64,000 bases of DNA from Octopus sinensis (Eukaryota), in assembly GCF_006345805.1 (NCBI RefSeq), contig NC_043003.1, forward strand, positions 23,002,001 through 23,066,000, written 5' to 3'. A program made the translations under genes and the position numbers. The notes below the pieces were generated by a model. It saw only the letters and a list, made by a program, of their open reading frames with translations. It was not told where the DNA came from and did no database searches. Of the stretch, positions 52,348 to 64,000 are shown piece by piece. Position 1 is the stretch's first letter; every line of letters starts with the position of its first letter.

Positions 52348-52665
52348 AGCGCATGGCTTAGTGGTTAGGGCATTCGGCTCACGATCGCAAGGTCGTGAGT
52401 TCGATTCCCGGCGATGCGTTGTGTCCTTGAGCAAGACACTTTATTTCACGTTGCTCCAGTCCACTTAGCTGGCAAAAATGAGTTGTACCTGTATTTCAAA
52501 GAGCCAGCCTTGTTACGATCTGTGTCACGCTGAGTCTCCCTGAGAACTACATTAAGGGTACACGTGTCTGTGGATTGCTCAGTCACTTGCACGTTAAATT
52601 CAAGAGCAGGCTGTTCCGTTGATCGTATCAGCTGGGACCCTCGTCCTCGTATCCGAAAGAGTGCT
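52348..52665 (+). mobile_element. tRNA-derived SINE family D head joined to the family C type-1 tail
   Basis: Head/central region like 35896; gtacctgtatttcaaag...gctgttccgttgatcg...ccctcgtc.tcgta like 51670-51856. Confidence 0.85.
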
Positions 52666-53051
52666 CCTATGTGGATTTGGAGTAGGGTAGCGTATATGTG
52701 TTAGGTATTTTGCGTATTTAACTGTAAGTTTGGGATGGTGTAAGTGGTTAAGGCAAGGTATTGCGCTGGTGAGTAAGTCAACTACTAGGACTGAGGCTGG
52801 GATAGTAATATATATAGGATAGAGTGGGTTTAACGAAAATTAGAAAAGACAAATTGGCCTATATGCCGACAAAAATAAATATTTTCATGTTTTTATATTC
52901 AGTAGAGGCGGTTTAGGCATTAATATATTCAGGCGTTCCGTTAAACAGAGATCGCACCGCTTATCGGTAGTGCTATAAGACGAGGTGATATCCAGGATAC
53001 ACCATTGGATATATCTATCCCTTGGAGGCTTTCAACACCTCTAACTTATAC

Positions 53052-53118
<67 letters not shown>

Positions 53119-53233
53119 CCTATCTATCTATCTATATACATATATGTATATATATATATTCATATATATATATGTATATATATTATATATGTATATATAT
53201 ATATATATAATATATATATATAGATATATATTA

Positions 53234-53269
<36 letters not shown>

Positions 53270-53380
53270 AGAGAGAGAGAAAGACATATATGTAGACACA
53301 ATTATATATATACATATATTGTCATATATCGCATATTTGATTTATACATATGTTAATATAAAATTATGATACATACATAC

Positions 53381-53441
<61 letters not shown>

Positions 53442-53578
53442 AATACACATACAAAAACGTATATATATATAGATATATTTATATATATATACACGTATAT
53501 ATACATATATATAGACAGAGCACATGGTGATGATCGCAGCCGCATGGCTGAAACGCATAATAGAATACAAGTAAAATA

Positions 53579-53619
<41 letters not shown>

Positions 53620-54090
53620 GTATACATATAAACATTTCATAAATATGACGCAAAAGCTAACATAGAAACGGCTTAGCTTATCAGCAAACAAGTATCAAAC
53701 ATGAAAATCAAAACTGCTTCCTATAGACAGGAAGAAGCCGGTTTCAATAGTTAGAAAATTTGAAGTTCAAAGACAGCATACCATCAGTAGGAGACACGAC
53801 ACCGTTCTCGTGATCCTAGCTTACAATAAAAGAAAACCAGCAGTAACAATGGAAATTACCGAGATTTCATTCCAAAAGAGATGATTGTGTCTGTTATAAA
53901 GGAAATATAATAGAGAAAACCTTCTGCCAAACTGAATATATCTAAAGGACACATGAAAGGTATATACACACAAACGAATGCAATGATACATATGAAAACT
54001 GGAAAATTAGCCTCTTTTTCCAAAATACAAACTTATATAACCACATATATAAAATAGTCAACAACACACAACGTGTGTGTGTCTGTATAC

Positions 54091-54137
<47 letters not shown>

Positions 54138-54281
54138 GATATTATCTATATATACATATTATATATACAATAGGATATATATGTATATGTATATTATATA
54201 TATATATATATGTGTGATATATATACATATAAAATATATGTATATTATATATACATATATATGTATATATATATACATATA

Positions 54282-54334
<53 letters not shown>

Positions 54335-54563
54335 TGTATATGTATATAAACACATACTTATATGCCCACATAAAACGTGCATACCAGTAAACAGACACGT
54401 GAAATATATGTATGATGTGTGTATGTGTGGTGTGGTGTGGTGTTGTGTGCTGTGGTGTGTGTATGTATGTATGTATGTATATATAGATATAAGCATATAG
54501 ATATATTTATATGTGATCGAGTGTATATTTATTTTGCCTGTGTATAACACAACAAAGAACTAC

Positions 54564-54594
<31 letters not shown>

Positions 54595-54606
54595 CATGTA
54601 TGTATG

Positions 54607-54640
<34 letters not shown>

Positions 54641-55262
54641 TTTATGTATATATATATATATAATATAATATATATATATATATATATTTCGTATATATAT
54701 AGAAAGAATGAGAGAGAGAGAGAGAGATGGGGAGAAAGAGAGTGAGGGAGAGCGGAGAGTGTTTGTGTTTCCATGCATGTTTGTGTGTGTATATAGCCTT
54801 TTAGAGAACTAAAAGTTGAAATACATTCAGGGTAAATAAAGAATTGGAGACAGTTTAAACAATTGAAGTTGCCAACGTGTTTTCACAACGTTTGTCGAAT
54901 CACTAATATTGGTGATAATTTCCAACTCTATTAAGATGTCTATAAGCTCTATTTTTTTCCTTTAACCACAATAGGTGGAAAGGATATCTTCGTTTTTAAC
55001 TCGGCCTTTTCATAACTCGTCCTCCTCTTATTCAGAACATAGCACGTAAGTTTTTGAGAAGTATAGATTTCGTATATTGATTTTATTAGAGACACTATTT
55101 CCGATTTTTCTTTATATATATTATTTTATATTTGCATTTGTTGATCGATGTTTATGTGCAAACTACACGCAATTAGCACATTTGTTTGCTCATCTATACG
55201 TATTTTGCTTCTGTAATTTTACTGATATAGAAATATAGTTAACTTTACACAAATACACACAC

Positions 55263-55302
<40 letters not shown>

Positions 55303-55959
55303 ATATGCGTGTGTGTATATTCATATACATATGTGTGTGTATTTATCATGGCGCATATACACACGTACAAATTCATTTATACAAACATACAAACGCAGAT
55401 ACATATTTGAAAAGAGTGGAGTCAGCAAGGAGTAAGTTTGGACATTTACTTTTCATTCACTACAATTTTTTCTACGCAACTTGGTCCCCCAGGCGTTCAG
55501 GTACTTGATTGAGCAACTGTTTCTCCGCATTATGTGATCTAGTTGTGTTTCCTCAGGCGAAACGTAAATATTTTCCCCGTAAATTCAAAATGCTTGGCTT
55601 CAAGAACATCATTCTGTCTGTCGTGACCTGAATTTAGTAGCAGTCACTGGGCTTATCTGAGGTGTGTTGTTACTGAAGGACCGTTAGCAAACTGCTTAGA
55701 ATGCGTAGATGTTGTGGGATGGTGATTCTGCCACTGTTAAAGTGGTTGCTATTTTAAAGGGATTGGCATTTAATTTCTTTGTACTGTTGATTTGTTCTTC
55801 ATGGTTGGTTATATATGCACTCGTCCTTAGCTGACCTTTAAGATTCGGCCTATACGTACAGACAGCACAGGGTAAATTCGAAGTTGGACGAGCTTTATAC
55901 TGTATTCTACTGCATTCTAAACAGAATATACCATAACTATATATGCATATATACATACA

Positions 55960-55999
<40 letters not shown>

Positions 56000-57459
56000 T
56001 GTATGTATATATACACTTGGGCAAGTGTCTTTTGTCTCGTACAGGCCAAAGCCTTGTGAGTGGACTTGTTACACGGCATATGAACGAAGCCCGTCATAGA
56101 TATATATATATTGATTAAATTCTAGATAGGTTCAGAGGTCCTATAATTTATGGGAGAGAAAATTGGATGTGCAAATATTATGCGACTGCCGAAGGTATTA
56201 ACACCTTGCGTCAGGGGAAATATATTAGATTGGTGGCTGAACTGTAGACCGAATGTCGGCGTTACATTCATAGCAATCATCGCCATTTCCGGTACGTAGT
56301 CTTAGTAATTATTTGTTCATTTTGGCAAGAACCAAAGCCGTATGATCTTTGACATTTACTGAATATCAGGTTAATGTTAGTGGGAGATCGAAGTCATAGC
56401 AGCGAAGCAAATGTCTAAAAATTTCAGAAAATAACATAATAGATTCTTAAACGAAACTTGTTAGGAAACGATTAACTTTTAAGATGTCAGGAATGCAAGT
56501 TTCTCTTGAGAGGTCATTTTGTCCTTCAGGTAATATGTGCGCCATTCGGAAGATGGCAAACAGCCGAATAATTCTTATGTGGTCCGATGTATAACTACAA
56601 AGATAAGCTCTTAAAATAGAATCGATCGTTGTTTATTGCTTTGTCTTAAGTCACATGATACTTGCAAGTGTGTTTCACTGTAGAAGATTTATTACAATTT
56701 CCTTGCATCAGGGATAAAAAGGAGACATCATGACAGAAACAGATTTTATTATTTTTTATTTTATGTTCGAAATGACGTTTCTAAATTTTGACTATCGTTT
56801 AAATGGATTATGATTATATTACATTCAAAAAGAGAGATGAATTTTGCAGAAGTAATTCCGAATGAAAGAAACTATGATATGAAGATAATTCTTTGTAGAT
56901 TCAAAGGTTTATCTGTTTGTATATTCCGTTGCAGACAATATTTGTAGACACAAAGACGGTGAGATAACAGAGGTAATAGCGGAGAAGCGGAATAAATGCT
57001 TCAGTTTGCTTTGTATTATTTAGTGAAAATATTAAATACATAGGTGTATACACATATATGCCTACATCTATACATATGCATACATATGTATGTATGTTTG
57101 TATGTATGTATAATATATATATATTATATATATACATACAAACATACATACATATGTATGCATATGTATAGATGTAGGCATATATGTGTATACACTTATA
57201 TATATATATATATACACATATATATATCTCTTAAACATTCACATGAAAGATAAAATGTTGGAACAAATCCAAACGCTATACAACATTTCTCACTTCTACA
57301 TTATCACATTCTCTGTTATTATATTCCGTTACAATATGTACAAGTTTTCAAAAGTCAATAATACACATAATCAAAGAGATATGAGCATGAATAAGTATAT
57401 AGAGTTATAACCGATGATGCATACACATAAACACACAACACACACACACACACACACAC

Positions 57460-57507
<48 letters not shown>

Positions 57508-57674
57508 AAGGATATGGTTCGTGTGTAATAACAATATTGAAGAATTCAATATGTGCAGATGTGTCTACAATTTGTTTGGCCGGTGATCGGCATCAATGGA
57601 CATACCCATCTAACGAAGATGATTACAATCAAATCTACATCACCGTGAATATTTTCTTTCCATAAATATGTGAT

Positions 57675-57732
<58 letters not shown>

Positions 57733-58029
57733 TGTGAGCTAATTTTTTCTCTACCTTTCTTCGATTATTGTTCACTCGTTTTACACCGTAAAGTTTTCAA
57801 GTCTCCCATAACCGGCACTATATCCAAAATTGGTCAAGATCATCTGAATGGGGAATGTCAACGCTTCCGACTCTGTAGGGATGCAGGTGTTGAGGGTACA
57901 GTGGATTCATTGAAAAGGTGTGCTAAAAGAATTTTCATAATTATTTTTGCAGATTTGTTTTCAAATACATTTTAAAAAATTTTGACTCTTTTTCTATATT
58001 CATGCCAATGACCTAAATAAAAACTGACA

Positions 58030-58140
<111 letters not shown>

Positions 58141-58189
58141 CCTTCCTATATTTATCTGTCTACATCTATTTATCTACCTATCATATATA

Positions 58190-60650
58190 TTTAAATGATA
58201 AACTTCTTGAACGTTTTATAGATTTGTACAGTTCCAGAGACGGGTTGGTTCTGTAGTTTTCGAATTAGCTTTCTCCTTTCTGATTTTGAGAAACGTAATT
58301 TCTCAAGATTGTTATTTAGACAGTGTGTTACATATCCCAGGGCCCCAGTAATTGCAGGTATAAATCTGAAGTTGTAATTTGGATATAGTAACTACAGATT
58401 TCTCAATAGTTCAGCATAGGTGTCCTCTTTTTTCACTGATCTTCAGCTGGGCGGCTACTTTCCACAGCTGTGCACAATTTCTCTTCTCTATCTCAAATCA
58501 TTATATCAGGTCTCTTGTGCTTACATTTTATTGAAGTCTTCACTGGTACATTCCACTAGCATTCCCTTTTATTATGAGTAGCTATGGCTTCTACCATATT
58601 GTAGGTTTTTATTTCTTTGTCCTCGGCATTATCTTCCAACTGATTTCATTATAGAGTGTGCTAGCGACAACGTAATGTCTGATTGGTAGATAATATCATG
58701 ATGACATTTTTGGACAACTGCTTATGATTTGGGTGATATCTTCCCTGTGAACTCCACAAATCTGCATCGGTTGTCATATTTTACGACTTTTCCTGCATCT
58801 CTATTCGTTTTGTGCATCAGTTACTTGGTTGATATTTCCTGCTCCTAGATTGCAAAGGAATACCCTTCAAAGTGGGAGGTAGTAATCCGGCTATTGGTCC
58901 ATGACAAACTGCTTTGCTTATCGATGTTACTATCATCACGGAGCTTTCTACTAATATATCCACTCATAGTCTTGTGTTCATATAGGCTCATTCTTTTATC
59001 TGATGATACGTTTCGGTAGAGTCGCGCAACTTCTCTGGGCATGTATTCTAGGTTATCAGACAAAGAATGTTGCTCAAAGAGTTGCGTTCCAAGTCTTAAG
59101 ATTTTATCAGCGTCATGTTTGCAAACTTGGTCAAGGGATAGACTTCGGCACTAGGTAGTTAAAAGATGTTGCTGAAGGGATATGATGCAACATTCATAGG
59201 CATTTTGGATGGATGTTTAGCCTCTACCGCCTTGTTTTCGTGGAAATTATGTGTGCTTGTTAGTATTTTTCGGGTTTTCACATCAATGACTCGGATCTCA
59301 TCAAGCATCCAATCAAGNNNNNNNNNNNNNNNNNNNNNNNNNNNNNNNNNNNNNNNNNNNNNNNNNNNNNNNNNNNNNNNNNNNNNNNNNNNNNNNNNNN
59401 NNNNNNNNNNNNNNNNNAATCTGAAGTTGTAATTTGGATAGAGGTAACTACAGATTTCTCAATAGTTAAGCATAGGTGTCCTCTTTTTTCACTGATCTTC
59501 AGCTGGGCGGCTACTTTCCACAGCTGTGCACAATTTCTCTTCTCTATCTCAAATATTATATCTTTGTGCTTACATTTTTATTGAAGTCTTTCACTGGTAC
59601 ATTCCACTAGCTTCCCTTTCATTATGAGTAGCTATGGCTTCTACCATATGGTAGGTTTTTATTTCTTGTCCTCGGGATATCTTCCGAATGATTTCATTAT
59701 AGAGTGTGCTAGCGACAAACGTAATGTATGATTGGGTAGATAATATCATGATGACATTTTTGGACAACTGCTTATGATTTGGGTGATATCTTCCTGTGAC
59801 TCCACAATCTGCAACGGTTTGTCATATTTACGGCTTGTTCCTGCATCTCTATTCGCTTTGTGAATCAGTTACTTGGTTGATATTTCCTGCTCCTTAAAGT
59901 GGGAGGTAGTAATACGGCTATTGGTCCATGACAAACTGCTTTGCTTATCGATGTTACTATCATCACGGAGCTTTCTATTAATATATCCACTCATAGTCTT
60001 GTGTTCATATAGGCTCATTCTTTCATCTGATGATACGTTGTGGTAGAGGCGCGCAACTTCTCTGTGCATGTATTCTAGGTTATCAGACAAAGAATGTTGC
60101 TCAAAGAGTTGCCTTCTAAGTCTTAAGATTTTATCAGCATCATGTTTGCAAACTTGGTCAAGGGATAGACTTCGGCACTAGGTAGTTAAAAGATGTTGCT
60201 GAAGGGATATGATGCAACATTCAAAGGCATTTTGGATGGATGTTTAGCCTCTACCGCCTTGTTTTCGTTTTAGGTTGGGATAGTCTATGTCAATGTTGAT
60301 GTGGAAATTATGTGTGCTTGTTAGTATTTTTCGGGTTTTCACATCAATGACTCGGATCTCATCAAGCATCCAATCAAGCAGCGGAAATTTTTTGGTATGA
60401 CTACTGGCACTGCAAACACATTGTGTGTCACTGCTTTATTGAATGCATAGAGTTCTGAGTTCCAGATTTTCTTTATTCGGCTGTAATATACTTTAGTCAC
60501 ACGTGTTTTGTTACAGGCGACATTGTAAGATATATTTTCATCCACCTCTAGATATATGTAATAGTCCTCGTCAGATACAGAGGAGACAGTAAAATCCTTG
60601 ATGGAGGTGTTGTTAGTCTGGTTTATAATTTTCCTCCTTTTCACAACCAT
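58190..60650 (-). mobile_element. Dong/R4-clade LINE, 5'-truncated (RT C-terminus, CCHC, RLE), with about 950 bp repeated across the gap
   Basis: Minus: YYIYLEVDENISY...YYSRIKKIWNSELYAFNKAVTHNVFAVPV...KTRKILT...GGRG...CR.CGV...DITQIISSCPKM...FIPAITGALGY...KTFKKFII*. Confidence 0.88.
59318..59417. other. Assembly gap (100 N)
   Basis: Run of exactly 100 N. Confidence 1.
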
Positions 60651-60764
60651 ATAACAACATTGTATGTATGTATGTATGTATGTATGTATGTATGTATGTA
60701 TGAATGTATGTATGTGTGTGTGTATATATTATATACATATATACCTACATATATATATATTATA

Positions 60765-61190
60765 TAATTAGTGAATGGAAGAACTGGAGCTGAACGAAGA
60801 TTCTAACAGAATCCCTTTATTAAATTATACAACCCGTTTCAAAGGCCACACATTTCCAAATTCTGAGGGAATAGGGGATACCATATTGCAGCTTTCTCTT
60901 CAGGAAAATCCAGGAATTACGATGTACAAACAAAAAAAAACAAGGCGCAGCAAGCAACTCGAACAAGAACGCCTCCCTATATGGTTTGTTTGGATTTAGC
61001 GTTTTTTAAATCGTAATTTTCTCGTAATTCCATGGAATTCCTGAAGAAAAGAGCTGCAATATGGTTATCCTTATTCAATCAGATTTTGGAAATTTGTGGC
61101 CTTTGAAAACAGTGTAGAATTGTGTTGGTGTGATGTAATAAAAGAATCTGTAGAATCGTCGGTCAGCTCCATTTCTTCCATCACTAATTA
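60765..61190. mobile_element. MITE / foldback element with ~160-bp inverted arms, TA-flanked
   Basis: taattagtgaatggaagaactggagctgaacgaagattct... mirrored by ...agaatcgtcggtcagctccatttcttccatcactaatta. Confidence 0.8.
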
Positions 61191-61372
61191 TATTTAAACG
61201 TCATTATCCGCGCCAACGCACGGTTGCAACACCCTATGTCATAACTCCAACCGTGTTTTTTCTGCTGTGATTTTTGCTACCCAGGTATCGGTTAAACTTT
61301 GAATAATCGTAACAAGAAATTCATCTTTCCATTTCAACAAATATATATTATATATACCATATATATATTATA

Positions 61373-61413
<41 letters not shown>

Positions 61414-61821
61414 ATATATATATATGTGTGCGTGGTGTGTGGTGTATAACTTCATATCGAGAAAAAACAATTCTAGGACACATTTTTTTAATTTATATAT
61501 GGTAGCTACCGGCTTATTTCATCGTGGGAGTATTAGCAAAAATAAAAGTTTTCCCAAAATATTTTATGAAAATTTATTTCTCAGAAAAGGAAAACATAAA
61601 AAGAGAATATATGATAAACGATAAACAGGCAGTTACTGAATAAGATAAGGCATTCATAAAGCTTCTCTTGTATATATGTTCAGTTTATTGCATACATTAT
61701 AGATTACATCAATCCAATCCATATATATATTATATATATAGTATAATAATATATATCTATACATGTATATATATATACATACATGTGTATATATATACTT
61801 ATATATATATTTGTATATGGG

Positions 61822-61866
<45 letters not shown>

Positions 61867-61904
61867 CTATATATATATATAATATATCATATATATATAT
61901 ATAG

Positions 61905-61939
<35 letters not shown>

Positions 61940-62899
61940 TATATATATATAGATATATATGCATGTTGTGTATGTGTGGTGTGGGAGGGTATGTGAAAAA
62001 ATATGAGTGTGAGTGAGTTTGCGAGCTAATGCTAAGCTTAGTTGTGGAGAAAGATCAATAATTTACAATGGTGTGATATAAGGCAAAATAGAGTGAATTA
62101 AGTTGATCGTTTCAACCAAAATAAATTCTATCAGCTGCTTCATCGGGTCTGGGTAAATGTTCGACAGAAGTCGGGGTAGAGGAGATGTTTTCAAGCTATT
62201 TTAATAGTCTTGTAATCTGGGTAAGTAGGTGAAAGTGTATTAAATGCGTCGAACATAAAATGCTAATGTATAGTCAAATATGTGGTCAGAAAAAAAAGAC
62301 AAAATTTAGCTGTTGAGTAACAGAATTTTATTTCTCATTTGTTGGAAAATATATAAGAAACAACTCCAGCTATATTGCGAACATATTGAATGAAAGTCTA
62401 TCCTTTCCGTTCCTTGCCGATGTGCTAGAAACAGAATATTTCATTAAATAAATATTAATGTGAAATAGTTTTCGTTGGAAAGATGAATTCTATAGAGATT
62501 AGTTAATCTGATACGGTGCTACAACGATGAATGATAGTTAAATGGATGAAAGCATTCTGTTGAGGATGGAATGCTTAAAGAGCTAGATCTGGTGCCGATT
62601 TACCAATAAAATATTACGTTATTCGCGTTACATCGGGGTAAATGATTTAATCTTTTTATCTCATGATAATTAATATTAATTTTCCAACCAGATTCGCAGT
62701 AAACCATTAATATAAAAATATAAATTTTATTCAGATGCAAAATATGAAAACATATTTAAAACTTTTTAATCACATTTCAAATGTTTGGGAAACTGGTAAT
62801 ATAAAACTGTAATGAAGATCAATTTTGTGAAATCTAATATATATTAACGTTTAAATTCTTAACGAGTTTAAACGATATGGTCCAAGTTTGAACCCTTAC

Positions 62900-63199
62900 G
62901 GACCATGATGATTTATTGTAAAGACATGAACATTTTATTACAATTGCACGCTTTGCTACCCGTTCTAAGATGTCTGATATAATAGAGTGGAATTCATAAT
63001 TTCTTATAATAATTCGAAACCGTCTCGTCATTATTGACTTAAAACACATGAGTTCACTTAGCCCTGTTGGAAAATACCCCCTTAGATGTTTCGAGCTACA
63101 CGGGAGATTTATTTCAATAATGATTGGTTCTACATTGTTACTTAACCCGCTGAATGTAACAACCAAATCTCGTGCAAAATTATGCAGGCCCCTCTCTAT
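62900..63199 (-). CDS. Candidate 300-nt phase-0 coding exon, product unknown
   Basis: Non-repetitive 128-codon open frame; pyrimidine tract ...ttccctttctttaag| and donor TCC|gtaagg bracket exactly 100 codons; no recognisable homology. Confidence 0.2.
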
Positions 63200-64000
63200 C
63201 TTAAAGAAAGGGAACGACAAAACTGATAATATAATCTTAGAGTGAAAGGAACTTGGAATTCATTACATCTGGAAAGGTATTTCAGCAAAAAATTTCTGAG
63301 ACAGAGCTAACCTGAGAGCTTTACTGAGCGTTGAAGGCATAAGCGGCGTTATAAGAAGTCTTGTCGGCAAGACCTCTATAAGTAAGTCCCAAATAGGTAT
63401 ATGAGTAAGGAGGGGATAATTTACAATTTTAGGCAAACAAGTGATATATACTAGGTTAAAAATATTGGCAAAGATCCAAGCGGCGGGATTGGCGTTTTAT
63501 CTTGGAAAGATCTAAATATTTCATCTGCCAAATAAAAATCCTCAACATGTTTTTAATCTTTAAGCCCAAATGGGCCCTGTTCTTGTAAAGTTTCCTGGTA
63601 GTTATGTGAATATTCAATTCCTTCTGTTGGTGGCTATTTGTATCTTTGAGCAAAGCATTTCAATTGACTTCGCTCCAGTCTACGTAGATGTAAATGAGCA
63701 CCGACTACGTGATGGTGCAGTCCTCACTCCGCAGCTGTCATACTTTTTCTTATCCTGCTGGAGACGAAGACTGTGTCAATATCTGCTCACGATTATATAG
63801 TCACCTAGAATTAGTGAAACATAGTTATACGTTACAAAACCACACTCTCTCGCAACAGTAATTTAAAGCAAAACTAAAGCGGTTTACAGCCGTGACCATC
63901 CCATTATTTATTTTATTCCAAACACGTGTCTTGTACAACGTTATAAAATATGTCTTCATCTAGTTTTAAGAGGTTTGAGCGTGATTTGGTTGGATTTTCC

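Overview
AT-rich, repeat-dense animal genomic DNA. The repeat complement (tRNA-Arg-like SINEs, very abundant (TA)n/(TATC)n/(TATG)n microsatellites, Penelope and Dong/R4 retroelements) strongly suggests a cephalopod, probably Octopus; this is my inference. I cannot support any complete host protein-coding gene, and nearly all ORFs in the supplied track are microsatellite translations or chance ORFs. Recognisable content: a decayed rosa-type (DD41D) Tc1/mariner transposase (1168-1975, -); a CpG-rich promoter-like island (about 3740-4100); three Helitron-like non-autonomous copies; many tRNA-derived SINEs of several families; Dong/R4 LINE fragments (27.1-28.0 kb, and 58.2-60.65 kb, the latter duplicated across a 100-N gap); a CR1-like RT fragment; an ORF1-only Tx1/L1-like element inserted in a SINE (30160-31570, -); the 3' end of a Tx1-like LINE (47841-48307); a 3.9-kb Penelope-like element with an inverted pseudo-LTR; and two MITEs. 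The most interesting observations are (i) hammerhead-ribozyme motifs from four apparently different Penelope-like families, one with an unusual long stem-II loop and a palindromic stem III, and (ii) an apparent Tx1-driven non-autonomous network, in which an ORF1-only element and one SINE subtype share the 3' terminal motif of the Tx1-like LINE.
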